A stretch of DNA of 64,000 nt from a candidate division WWE3 bacterium UBA1401 (GTDB lineage Bacteria > Patescibacteriota > WWE3 > UBA101185 > UBA10185). The number at the start of each line of letters is the position of its first letter. The first letter of the stretch is position 1. A model generated the notes under the pieces. That model had not been told where the DNA came from. It searched no databases and saw only the letters and a program-made list of their open reading frames with translations. This document shows, piece after piece, positions 1-8,934 of this stretch. Both the position numbers and the translations under genes were made by a program. The stretch spans positions 92,447 to 156,446 of the forward strand of contig DBQF01000001.1 in NCBI GenBank assembly GCA_002305115.1, read 5' to 3'.

Positions 1-31
1 TATATTCATACTTTAATTTTAACACGCCCCC

Positions 32-247
32 TTACTCTTTATGTTCGACTACCTCATTCATCCTCTCTACCATCTCCTCAATTTCCTTGTCTTCTAGCCC
101 ATGAGCCTTTGCGCCATTCTCAATACTATCCGCCCCACTTACAGGGCAGCCAACACAGTGCAAGTCATATTGCAAGAAGATTTCTACAGTTTCCGGATAT
201 TCCTGAATAGTTTCATAGATATTATCTGTCTTTTGAATCTTGTTCAT
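32..247 (-). CDS. small CxxC redox-disulfide protein (DUF1858-like, hybrid-cluster-protein-associated type)
   Basis: 71 aa with the HCVGCP motif and ~70 aa length typical of the DUF1858 family. It sits at the distal end of the suf operon on the same strand. Confidence 0.5.
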   Translation of the reverse strand: MNKIQKTDNIYETIQEYPETVEIFLQYDLHCVGCPVSGADSIENGAKAHGLEDKEIEEMVERMNEVVEHKE

Positions 248-605
248 ATTCCTCCAGTGCCTTTGTTAAGGCCTTTAGCACCAAAGTAGCACATTGTACT
301 CTGCTGGTGCTTAAATTAATATTTACCATTGCTAACAAATCTTTTTTAGTAATACTTCTTACTTCATCAAGACTTTTGCCTACAATATGCTCTGTTAGCA
401 TCTGGGAAGAAATAACACTAATCATACATGCAGGACCATCAAATTTAGCTTCGGTTATGACATCCTTCTCTATTTTTAACTGAAGTTCAATTTCGTCTCC
501 GCAGTATGGATTTTTCTCATCTACAGAAACTGTGGGGTCTTTTATAGCTCCCTTATTATGTGGATTTTTATACAGTTCTAATAATTCTTCTCTATAAATG
601 TCCAT
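222..605 (-). CDS. sufU: SufU/IscU-type Fe-S cluster assembly scaffold (NifU-like)
   Basis: 127 aa with conserved scaffold cysteines in the CGD...C...C arrangement, lying directly downstream of sufS. The N-terminus MDIYREELLELYKNP is typical of SufU. Confidence 0.75.
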   Translation of the reverse strand: MDIYREELLELYKNPHNKGAIKDPTVSVDEKNPYCGDEIELQLKIEKDVITEAKFDGPACMISVISSQMLTEHIVGKSLDEVRSITKKDLLAMVNINLSTSRVQCATLVLKALTKALEEYEQDSKDR

Positions 606-608
606 ATC

Positions 609-1835
609 TTACCTTAATATTTTTTTAGCTTCGTTTATGGCTTCAACTAATTTATCCAACTCTTCTTTTGTATTGTATAAATACCAGCTTGCTCTGGTTG
701 ACGCGGGTATCTCAAGCTCTTTATGCAAAGGCATTGTGCAGTGGTGCCCGGAGCGTACTGCAATTCCCGCGGAGTTAAGCACGGCGGAAATATCGTGCGG
801 ATGAATTCCCCTTACGGTAAATGCAACCAAACCGGCTCTAGCTTGTGCCTTTTTTGGGCCTAGAATTCGCAGTCCTTCTATAGTAGTTAATTGTCTAAGC
901 GTATGTGCTGTTAATTCCTGTTCGTGATGTTCTATGTTCTGCATTCCTATAGTTTGCACATAATCTATTGCAGCGCCAAGTCCCACCACCCCGGCAATAT
1001 TTGGTGTACCTGCCTCAAATCGGTATGGGATTTCTGCCCATGTAGCACAATTTGGTGAAACTGTATCTATCATGCCCCCGCCAAATACTGTGGGTTCCAT
1101 TGGCTCAAGTAATTCCATTTTTCCCCACAACACTCCTACACCTGTCGGGCCAAGCATTTTGTGTGCAGAGAAGGCATAAAAATCACAGCCTAGACTTTGA
1201 ACATTTACTCGCATATGTGGCGCCGCTTGTGCGCCGTCTACAACTACCTTTGCGCCAACCGCATGTGCCAATTCGCAAATTCTCTTTACGGGAAATATTG
1301 TTCCAAGGACATTTGAAATGTGGGCGATAACAATTAATTTTACGTGTTCTGTGATTTTTGTTTTTAACTCTTCTTCTGTAAGTTCTCCGTTTTCAGTTAA
1401 AGCAAAAAAAGCTAATTTTGCACCGGTTCTTTCTGCTACATTTTGCCAGGGAATAAGGTTACTATGATGTTCCGAAAGGGCTGTTAGAATTATGTCGCCT
1501 TCTTCTAAATAATTTACCGCCCAGCCAAAAGCTACCAGGTTTAAAGCTGCCGTTGCTCCACTCGTAAAAATAGTTTCTTCCGGTTTTCTAGCGCCTAAAA
1601 AATCTGCGGTCTTTTTTCTAGTGTTTTCGTACAGTTGTGTGGCTTCTTCACTTAAGGTGTGTATTCCCCTATGTATGTTTGCGTTGTGGGTTTGATAGTA
1701 GGCTACAATTGCATCAATTACCGCTTGTGGTTTCTGGGAAGTAGCGGCATTATCTAAATATATTAGTGGCTTGCCATCAATCTTACGGTTCAAGATTGGG
1801 AAGTCTTGTCTGATCTTGTTTACATCAAAGCTCAT
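609..1835 (-). CDS. sufS: cysteine desulfurase SufS (class V aminotransferase)
   Basis: 408 aa with a PLP-lysine region (SAHKMLGPTGVGVLWG) and an active-site Cys region (RSGHHC), in suf operon context. Confidence 0.9.
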   Translation of the reverse strand: MSFDVNKIRQDFPILNRKIDGKPLIYLDNAATSQKPQAVIDAIVAYYQTHNANIHRGIHTLSEEATQLYENTRKKTADFLGARKPEETIFTSGATAALNLVAFGWAVNYLEEGDIILTALSEHHSNLIPWQNVAERTGAKLAFFALTENGELTEEELKTKITEHVKLIVIAHISNVLGTIFPVKRICELAHAVGAKVVVDGAQAAPHMRVNVQSLGCDFYAFSAHKMLGPTGVGVLWGKMELLEPMEPTVFGGGMIDTVSPNCATWAEIPYRFEAGTPNIAGVVGLGAAIDYVQTIGMQNIEHHEQELTAHTLRQLTTIEGLRILGPKKAQARAGLVAFTVRGIHPHDISAVLNSAGIAVRSGHHCTMPLHKELEIPASTRASWYLYNTKEELDKLVEAINEAKKILR

Positions 1836-2373
1836 ACGCTTTTTTCACTCTGTCGCGTATTGTAGCATCTTTTATGCTGTTAAGAGACTCTTCGTAGAAG
1901 CCTTCCAGAATAAGTGTTTGAGCTTCCTTTGATGATAAACCCCTGCTTTGAAGATATGCCAGCTCTTTTGGGTCTACAGGCGTTATTAGCGCCTTGTGTG
2001 TAACTTGGGCGTTTTGTGTTTTAAGCTCTAGAGTTGGTTTAGATACAGCAGTAAAACCCTTACCTAGAGCTAAAACTTTATGGGCAATTTCTGCTTGTCC
2101 CCCTTGTGCAGTGGCTTCAATAATAACCTTACCGGTAAACACAGCTTTATTGCTCGTTACAGTTTCGCTTACTTTTATATTACTTCTGGTATTACTGGCC
2201 TTGTGAATGACCTCAATGGCTAGTTCTATATCTGTGCTTTTCGCAATACATACAATTTCTGTGGCTAAGTTTTCTTTTTCCAGAACAAAAGTATAGTCTC
2301 CAGATTGAGTAATAACATATTGGCAGTTTTCGGTTGGTGTGTATGTTCCGCTAGTAATTTGTTCTATCTTCAC
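1825..2373 (-). CDS. sufD: short SufD-like Fe-S assembly protein (C-terminal beta-helix half only)
   Basis: 182 aa that aligns by eye to the C-terminal half of SufB/SufD, including the shared C-terminal motif ELAYLQSRGL also found in the adjacent sufB. It lies between sufB and sufS. Confidence 0.6.
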   Translation of the reverse strand: MKIEQITSGTYTPTENCQYVITQSGDYTFVLEKENLATEIVCIAKSTDIELAIEVIHKASNTRSNIKVSETVTSNKAVFTGKVIIEATAQGGQAEIAHKVLALGKGFTAVSKPTLELKTQNAQVTHKALITPVDPKELAYLQSRGLSSKEAQTLILEGFYEESLNSIKDATIRDRVKKAYEL

Positions 2374-3695
2374 TTTGTTATCTCCGTGTTAAGCAGCTGA
2401 TTAAATTCAAGCGCGTATTCAATTGGCAGCTTTGTTATCACTGGCTCGATAAATGCCCCAATCAGGAGTTTTTCGGCCTCAGGCTTGGTGAGCCCTCTAC
2501 TTTGCAGGTATGCAAGCTTGGTTTCTTCTAATTTACCTGCACTGGTTTCTTGTTGTACTTGCCCTGTCTGTTCCGAAGACTTGATAGTTGGATACGAGGC
2601 ATAGTAAGACTTGTCATCTAGTATTAAGCCATCGCATTTCAAACTGCCTTTTGATTGTGTGGCGTTTTCGCTAATAGTTATGCTCCCCTTAAAGGTACTG
2701 CTGCCCCCGTCTTTCACTAAACATTTGGATACAATAGTGGAAGTAGTGTTTGGCGCTTTGTGCAACATGTTGGCTCCGGTTTCCAGAGCCTGTTGTTTTC
2801 CCGCATAAGCTACCGAAAGCATTTCACCATGTGCGCCCTGTTCTAGCAATTCGCACGTTGGGTATTTCATAGTAACTCCCGAGCCTATATTGCCATCCGT
2901 CCATTCCATAGAAGCGTTTTTGTATACAACGGCTCGTTTTGTAGAGAGGTTAAATACATTTTTAGACCAATTTTGAATAGTAGTATATTTTGCTCTGGCA
3001 CCTTTTTTTACTACAATTTCGCCAACTCCCGCGTGTAGGGCGCTTTCGGAATAAGTGGGTGCAGTGCAGCCTTCTATGTAGTGTACATAGCTATCTTCTT
3101 CCAAAACTATCAGGGTTCTCTCAAATTGGCCTAATTTTCTGGCATTTATTCTGAAAAACGCCTGTAAGGGTCTTGTTACTTGGATGCCTTTGGGAATATA
3201 CACAAATGATCCGCCAGACCACATTGCGCTGTTTAACGCCGCGAATTTGTTATTTTGAGGAGGTACTATTTTGCCAAAATATTCCCTAAATATGTCTGGA
3301 AACTCTTCAAGTGCGGTGTCTGTATCTAAAAAAACTACTCCTTGTTGCTCTAGTTCTTTATTTAGTGATTCGTACAACACATTTGAATCAACTTGGGTCT
3401 CTACTCCGGCTAAAATTTCCTGCTCTGCTTTGGGAATGCCCAGTTTGTCAAAAGTTGCTTTTATGTCTGCCGGAACTTCTTCCCAGGTACGTTTTTTTGT
3501 TTGTTCCGGCACAACATAGTAGGTGATGTCCTCCAAGTTTAGGTTAGCTAGTTGAGGAATATGTGAGGGGGTTGTAAGTTGTTGAAATGTTCTGAAAGCT
3601 GCTAATCTGAATTCCGTCATCCAGCCTGGTTCCTGCTTTAGCCTAGATATCTCAAGTACAGTTTGTTCTGTTACCCCTTTACTAAAGCTTTGCAT
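2370..3695 (-). CDS. sufB: Fe-S cluster assembly protein SufB
   Basis: 441 aa with SufB-type beta-helix motifs and the C-terminal KLAYLQSRGL motif, positioned between sufC and sufD. Confidence 0.85.
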   Translation of the reverse strand: MQSFSKGVTEQTVLEISRLKQEPGWMTEFRLAAFRTFQQLTTPSHIPQLANLNLEDITYYVVPEQTKKRTWEEVPADIKATFDKLGIPKAEQEILAGVETQVDSNVLYESLNKELEQQGVVFLDTDTALEEFPDIFREYFGKIVPPQNNKFAALNSAMWSGGSFVYIPKGIQVTRPLQAFFRINARKLGQFERTLIVLEEDSYVHYIEGCTAPTYSESALHAGVGEIVVKKGARAKYTTIQNWSKNVFNLSTKRAVVYKNASMEWTDGNIGSGVTMKYPTCELLEQGAHGEMLSVAYAGKQQALETGANMLHKAPNTTSTIVSKCLVKDGGSSTFKGSITISENATQSKGSLKCDGLILDDKSYYASYPTIKSSEQTGQVQQETSAGKLEETKLAYLQSRGLTKPEAEKLLIGAFIEPVITKLPIEYALEFNQLLNTEITK

Positions 3696-4398
3696 ACCCG
3701 GTTTTTATAAGTTCCTCCAAAATCTCTTTGCCGTTTGATTTTACAATCTTGCCTAGTTTTAGTATGTGCACTTTGGTTATGGGAAGGTAGTCTGCTACTT
3801 TTGCCAAGTGTGAAATAACGATAATTGCCATATTGGTTTCTTTTTGCAGGTTAGTTATGGCTGTAGTTACTGTTTGTAAGGCATCTATATCCAGCCCGCT
3901 ATCCAGTTCGTCTAGAATAGCCAATTTTGGTTTTAGTAGCAGCAGTTGCAAGGTTTCCAGCTTTTTCTTTTCCCCGCCGGAAAAATCCTCATTCAAGTTT
4001 CTTTCCAGAATAGTTTCATTTAAGTGTAATTTTTCCAGGTAAATTTTTAGATCTAGCAATTCCAGCTCTTTTCTGTGCTTCTTGTTATAGATAGTGCGTA
4101 AGTAGCTAAATATGTTTACTCCCGGGATTTCAGGAGGGTTTTGGAAGGCTAAAAATATGCCAAGTTCTGCTCTTTCCGCTGCTGTAAGCTTGGTGATCTC
4201 GTTGTCTTCAAAACTAATTTCGCCTGTTACTTTAGCAGTGATGTTTCCCATAATGGTTTGGGCTAGGGAAGTTTTACCACTGCCGTTTGGCCCCATAATC
4301 AAGTGAGTTTCCCCTTGGTCAATTGCAAGATTGATACCATCTAGGATGGGCTGAACGTTTGTTGTAGCTGTTAAGTTTTTTATGGTTAGAAGTGCCAT
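3682..4398 (-). CDS. sufC: Fe-S cluster assembly ATPase SufC
   Basis: 238 aa with Walker A GPNGSGKTS, the ABC signature LSGGEKK and Walker B ILDELDSGLD. It is the first gene of the suf operon. Confidence 0.9.
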   Translation of the reverse strand: MALLTIKNLTATTNVQPILDGINLAIDQGETHLIMGPNGSGKTSLAQTIMGNITAKVTGEISFEDNEITKLTAAERAELGIFLAFQNPPEIPGVNIFSYLRTIYNKKHRKELELLDLKIYLEKLHLNETILERNLNEDFSGGEKKKLETLQLLLLKPKLAILDELDSGLDIDALQTVTTAITNLQKETNMAIIVISHLAKVADYLPITKVHILKLGKIVKSNGKEILEELIKTGYAKL

Positions 4399-4431
4399 TT
4401 GAGTGGATGCTACTTTAGCTTGGGGTGTTTG

Positions 4432-7400
4432 TCAAAAGATATATTCCGGATGGGGATCTGGAGATTTTACAATAGAATTAAGTTGCAAAATTGTATCCTC
4501 TGTACCAATTTCGCCCATGCCTACATTACCTTCTCCTTGGTATCTGTTGTCTGTTTCTGTGTCTGTAGCATAACTGTCTGTTGCAATAATGTTTTTTTCC
4601 AGTACTCTATCCTGGTAAGGGTTATTTAGCAGTTGTGTAAAGTAGGCTACTCCAACCATACTTGCGGGGCTTTTTACTGTTAAGTCGTTCTCTACTTTAT
4701 GTACAATGTTGAATTCTGGTGCACATTTGTAGCCATCACCCACAACATTTCTAAGATAACAGTTATTGTCAATTGTGCATGTATCATACGCAGGGATTAT
4801 TCCCATATTTCTGCCGGGAAAGTTTGCACATAGATTACAGTCTACTGGATTCCCCGGGGTGTCAGCATAACAGGTTGGTGAGTCACAGACGCAATCGTCA
4901 TCACTTCTACTATTTCCTGGATCATAACAGCCCGACACAGGTATCCATTGGTAATCGAAACACTCATTGTCTCCTTCCTCTGGAGTTCCTTGATTGTAGT
5001 TAGTGTTGTTGACTGTAAATAAAGACCAGACATTACGGAAGAACCTATGAAAAAGACTATCACTAATTATTTGATAATCATCTCCATAAACATTTAGCAT
5101 ATTTTCGTCTTGTTCGTCTTCATCTACCATAAAGTACTTGTAGTATGGGTCAAATACACCACCTCTTGCTATATTACCTGCTGCGCGTACATCAGAAAAT
5201 ACCTGTCTCACTCCGTTAGTAATAGGATACTCGGCTTCTGGGTCTACAATAGCATCGTGCGAACACATTAACTCCATAACACCTATGTTGTAGAATACCT
5301 GCTTATATGCAAAGTTTGCTAATTCCCCATTGATGGATGGCATCGTTGCATTCTGAGCCGCAACCCTTTCGTTCATATCCGCATATGGTGATGCTATACC
5401 GTCCGAGAGAGGAATTGTTCCCATATAGTGGCTGCTCGCTCTATCTCCAGTTCCTGTAGACCAAGTGAAGGCTGGAACTGTTACACTTCGCTGTGCCGCC
5501 CACGCTTTTCCGTCATTATCTGGGTCTGCCTTATAATTGTGTTCCCCCTCGACTGTAAGCTTCACATCATTTAGAAGTCCTTCTGGGTGTTCATAAGAAT
5601 CTTGTGACCTTACCACATTGGTAAGTTCTACTGGCCCTTCAAAGTATATATAGCTTGGTTCCCAGTATATGTTAGACAGTTTGTAAGTCTTAGTTACTCC
5701 CGGTTCCTTACACGAGTCGGGGGGTTCTACTTCACCAAAGAGAATTTCTTCATTTGAGTCTGTTATACAGTAAGGCAGCTCCCACGCACGTGGGTTACTA
5801 TGATAAGCAACACATATGTTATTTGGATCGGTTTCTGGATTATCCGGGTCTTGATATTTACCCGGACTCATAAGTCCCAGGCCCACTCCAAATGCTATCT
5901 GTTGGTTTAGTGAGCTATGTGGGTTATAGCCTTTTTTTGAGTCCACAATTGATTGGCAAGTTCTAAGCTCCTGTTGTATCTGTTCACCTTCATTTCTAGG
6001 CGCGTGTTCTACGGGGTTACATCTAATTATGGCGCATATACCTTCTCTAGTGGAGGCAACCAGCGATTTACCCACATTTTTAGTATCACTTCGGCCTTCC
6101 GGCCTTTCCTCCTTTTTTGCGAGTGTTCTTTCTTTTATTCCATCGTCCTCATCCTTAATAGTACTAAAATCTTGATCTATATTGCGCCTCCCCAAGTACT
6201 GTGTGTCCGTAAACGTTAGGTCAATAGTTGTTGTTATTCGTTCTATAAAGGTTTTACCAATATTAGGATCTGCATCTTTTGCACAAACTACTCTATCTGA
6301 CACATCTCTACTTATGTAAAAAGCTTCTTCCGGGCACTCGGGGTGCATCTGCCCATTGCCATCTATCGCAGGCCGCATGTTTGGAATTGTTCTAAAGTCT
6401 GCAGATGCGAGCAATGTTTCAGTGTCTACTTGTTTTGGCAGAGGCAATAACAATTCCTCTTCCGGGAAGTGGTTAAATTGGGCGTATTCTGTTGATAGCT
6501 TTGCCCCCAAATCCGCAAGTGTCATGCCTACTGGTACTATGGTGCCTCCAACATAGTTCATGCCTTCATAAAAGGTTACGATGACAGAACTAGGTATGCC
6601 AGCAGTACTGCTTATAAAGTGTTGCCCGGGTGTGTAATTAAAGTGTAGCTCATATAAACCTTTTTCATCTGTAGTGTCAGAAGTTATGTACCCCGTTATA
6701 GCTGTACCTAGGGTGCCAAATTTGTTTTTACCACTATATGCACACACAGTTAAGCCTTCAACAGGTTCATTGGTAAGATCTATAGTTGATCCTCTAATAT
6801 TTCTAGTAGTAATTCTGCTGCTAGTTACTTTGCCTACAAGTGTTCGTGGCCCAGGAGTACCGGAGTCACACCCACACTCTGGGGTTGCCCAGCATTCTGT
6901 TAAGGGTTCATTAGGCCCAAGAATTATTAGCACGTTTTTTTTGCCAGCTTTAGCAACATCCCTGTCAACTTCCACTATAAATTCTGCTAAAGTTGCTGGA
7001 TTTTCAAATCCTCCTCCATCCATTCCCACACCAAGTCTTATTACGGGTGTCAGGTTTCTATCGTGTGCTGCCCTAACACCATTAAGTACAGCGCTTCTGT
7101 CGTCATTTTTTGCAATTTCCAGTATATATCCCATACTTGCAGAACTTGCATCATCATATAATTCTGATGTTGAAGACATGAAAAATCTGCCTGAATTGGC
7201 TCCTATTTGCCCGCTATTTCCTCCAGATGTTAGTGCCCCACTAACTTGTGCAGGGTCTCCCCTGTTTCTATCTGGAATATACGATGGATGTGCATGCTTA
7301 ACAAAGTCTGGATTATTATTGAAAATATTGAATAAAATGCCTGCATTGTTTGTTGACCCTCTTAGAAATTCTGCAAGCTCGCCCTTTACTGCTTCCATTA

Positions 7401-7824
7401 TTTCAGGTGTGGCGTCTCCTGGATACCATCCTGTTTCTGTTAGAACTATTGGTTTTCCGTAAGTGTTGGGAATACGATTAAGCCAGTATTGGATGGGCAG
7501 ATTGTGATCCGTATGATGATAGGCATTGCCCGCTATAGCATAAAAATTATTAGCAATGCTTCTTCCTGCGGTGTTTCCCATTGCGTCTGCAAAGGTTTGA
7601 TAGAATAAAGGAAAATCCGGATGTGACATATTGAATGCGGGTGTTAGATACCTTACATAAGTAACCCCTCCGAGTCCATTCACATTTGTTATTACTTGGT
7701 TTACATAGGAAGCTAAGGCCGGTCCAATACAATCCACGTTTTGCGCGTAACTTCTTTTGGGAAAAACCCCCACCAACAGCATCAACACTAAAGCAGGCAA
7801 GACTCTTCTGGAAAGTTGTCTCAT
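4432..7824 (-). CDS. large secreted cysteine-rich protein with a glycoside-hydrolase-like (TIM-barrel) region
   Basis: 1130 aa with an N-terminal signal peptide (MRQLSRRVLPALVLMLLVGVFPKRSYAQ). It carries GH clan-A-like motifs LTETGW and LGPNEP and a C-terminal region with more than 15 Cys. It lies immediately upstream of, and co-directional with, sufC. Confidence 0.5.
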   Translation of the reverse strand: MRQLSRRVLPALVLMLLVGVFPKRSYAQNVDCIGPALASYVNQVITNVNGLGGVTYVRYLTPAFNMSHPDFPLFYQTFADAMGNTAGRSIANNFYAIAGNAYHHTDHNLPIQYWLNRIPNTYGKPIVLTETGWYPGDATPEIMEAVKGELAEFLRGSTNNAGILFNIFNNNPDFVKHAHPSYIPDRNRGDPAQVSGALTSGGNSGQIGANSGRFFMSSTSELYDDASSASMGYILEIAKNDDRSAVLNGVRAAHDRNLTPVIRLGVGMDGGGFENPATLAEFIVEVDRDVAKAGKKNVLIILGPNEPLTECWATPECGCDSGTPGPRTLVGKVTSSRITTRNIRGSTIDLTNEPVEGLTVCAYSGKNKFGTLGTAITGYITSDTTDEKGLYELHFNYTPGQHFISSTAGIPSSVIVTFYEGMNYVGGTIVPVGMTLADLGAKLSTEYAQFNHFPEEELLLPLPKQVDTETLLASADFRTIPNMRPAIDGNGQMHPECPEEAFYISRDVSDRVVCAKDADPNIGKTFIERITTTIDLTFTDTQYLGRRNIDQDFSTIKDEDDGIKERTLAKKEERPEGRSDTKNVGKSLVASTREGICAIIRCNPVEHAPRNEGEQIQQELRTCQSIVDSKKGYNPHSSLNQQIAFGVGLGLMSPGKYQDPDNPETDPNNICVAYHSNPRAWELPYCITDSNEEILFGEVEPPDSCKEPGVTKTYKLSNIYWEPSYIYFEGPVELTNVVRSQDSYEHPEGLLNDVKLTVEGEHNYKADPDNDGKAWAAQRSVTVPAFTWSTGTGDRASSHYMGTIPLSDGIASPYADMNERVAAQNATMPSINGELANFAYKQVFYNIGVMELMCSHDAIVDPEAEYPITNGVRQVFSDVRAAGNIARGGVFDPYYKYFMVDEDEQDENMLNVYGDDYQIISDSLFHRFFRNVWSLFTVNNTNYNQGTPEEGDNECFDYQWIPVSGCYDPGNSRSDDDCVCDSPTCYADTPGNPVDCNLCANFPGRNMGIIPAYDTCTIDNNCYLRNVVGDGYKCAPEFNIVHKVENDLTVKSPASMVGVAYFTQLLNNPYQDRVLEKNIIATDSYATDTETDNRYQGEGNVGMGEIGTEDTILQLNSIVKSPDPHPEYIF

Positions 7825-7867
7825 ACTACCTAATTATAGCAAATAACGGCTCTGCTATAATAAGCTT

Positions 7868-8716
7868 ATGTCTAAACTAAAAGCCTTTTTATATATCTTC
7901 TATAAGAGCTTAACTTCACCAAAATACTATGCCGATGTAGTTAAGACCCACCTTTCGCTTTCCATGAAATATTTCTTTACGTTAACACTTCTTGCCTCCA
8001 TTGGTGCTTCTATCTATGTTACTGTCCCTCTAGTTCCCAAAGTACAGTCTGCCATTAAACAAGGCACAACTATGGTTTTGGATACATTTGAAGATGATCT
8101 TGTGATTACAGTTAAAGAGGGCGAGTTGTCTATCAACAAGCCTGAGCCTTATATTATTCCATTGCCTGAAAAAGCATCTACGGATCTGGAAGGAGTTCCG
8201 GAAAGTCTTATTGTGTTCGATTCTGACGGCACACTTGATGATTTTGAGAATACTTATGACACGCTAGTGTTAGTTAATTCGGTGAATATGCTAATGAAAG
8301 ATGATACAGGCATTAGGGTAGAGTCGCTTAAGCAATTACCGGATGGTCAACTTACTAAGGCCGATTTGAGGGAAGTTGCTGCCGCAGTTGAACCCCTTAC
8401 GAAGTACGTGCCTTTTGTACTGGGCGTGTTTGTGTTTATTGGTATTGCGTTTTCTTATATGGTATTTAATTTGGTACATTTGTTATTTGTAGCGCTAATA
8501 TTGTTTCTTATTGGAAAATCCCGCCGCATGCAGTTGGTGTTCTCCGATTATTATCAGATCGCTATCCATACGTTTACGTTACCGTTTATTCTGCAGTTGT
8601 TCGCAAATGCATTTAAAGTTGATGTGCCGTTTGCATCCTGGTTTTTGGTAACAAATCTGGCTTTTGCGTTTCTGATGATGCTGAAGATGGGTACCTCAGC
8701 GGAAGTTTCCGAATAA
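7868..8716 (+). CDS. hypothetical multi-pass membrane protein
   Basis: 282 aa with several hydrophobic helices and no recognised catalytic motif. Confidence 0.5.
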   Translation: MSKLKAFLYIFYKSLTSPKYYADVVKTHLSLSMKYFFTLTLLASIGASIYVTVPLVPKVQSAIKQGTTMVLDTFEDDLVITVKEGELSINKPEPYIIPLPEKASTDLEGVPESLIVFDSDGTLDDFENTYDTLVLVNSVNMLMKDDTGIRVESLKQLPDGQLTKADLREVAAAVEPLTKYVPFVLGVFVFIGIAFSYMVFNLVHLLFVALILFLIGKSRRMQLVFSDYYQIAIHTFTLPFILQLFANAFKVDVPFASWFLVTNLAFAFLMMLKMGTSAEVSE

Positions 8717-8859
8717 TGATTTGGTTTCAATTGAACTTGGGGTGATTGTGTGGTAATTTTCTTTTGTGTTCCGCCTCCTCCTCTTTGGCGACTATGATGT
8801 AGCATATCAGCCTATATGCTAAGGTGTCGAAGTTTGAAAATTTAGATAGTCTTTTTTAT

Positions 8860-8934
8860 TCCCCTGTAGCTCAATGGTAGAGCAGGAAGCTGTTAACTTC
8901 AAGGTTAGTGGTTCGAATCCACTCGGGGGAGCCA
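8860..8934 (+). tRNA. tRNA-Asn (GTT)
   Basis: 75-nt cloverleaf with a 7-bp acceptor stem (TCCCCTG / CGGGGGA), anticodon loop CTGTTAA, a GGTTCGAATCC T-arm and an encoded CCA. It closely resembles E. coli tRNA-Asn. Confidence 0.85.

Noticed and set aside
6674-7462. 262-aa + strand ORF inside the 1130-aa gene (similarly 39017-39937 inside ftsH, 25776-26474 inside the M16 peptidase gene, and 51706-52167 and 52213-52521 inside the GT4 gene)
   Set aside because: These are long antisense ORFs within well-supported genes. They are S/P/L-rich low-complexity translations typical of shadow frames.
7825-7867. 43-bp divergent gap with TATAAT on both strands within 10 nt of both start codons (possible leaderless bidirectional promoter)
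   Set aside because: There are no convincing -35 elements, and AT-rich hexamers are frequent in this genome. It is noted only as the probable promoter region for both genes.
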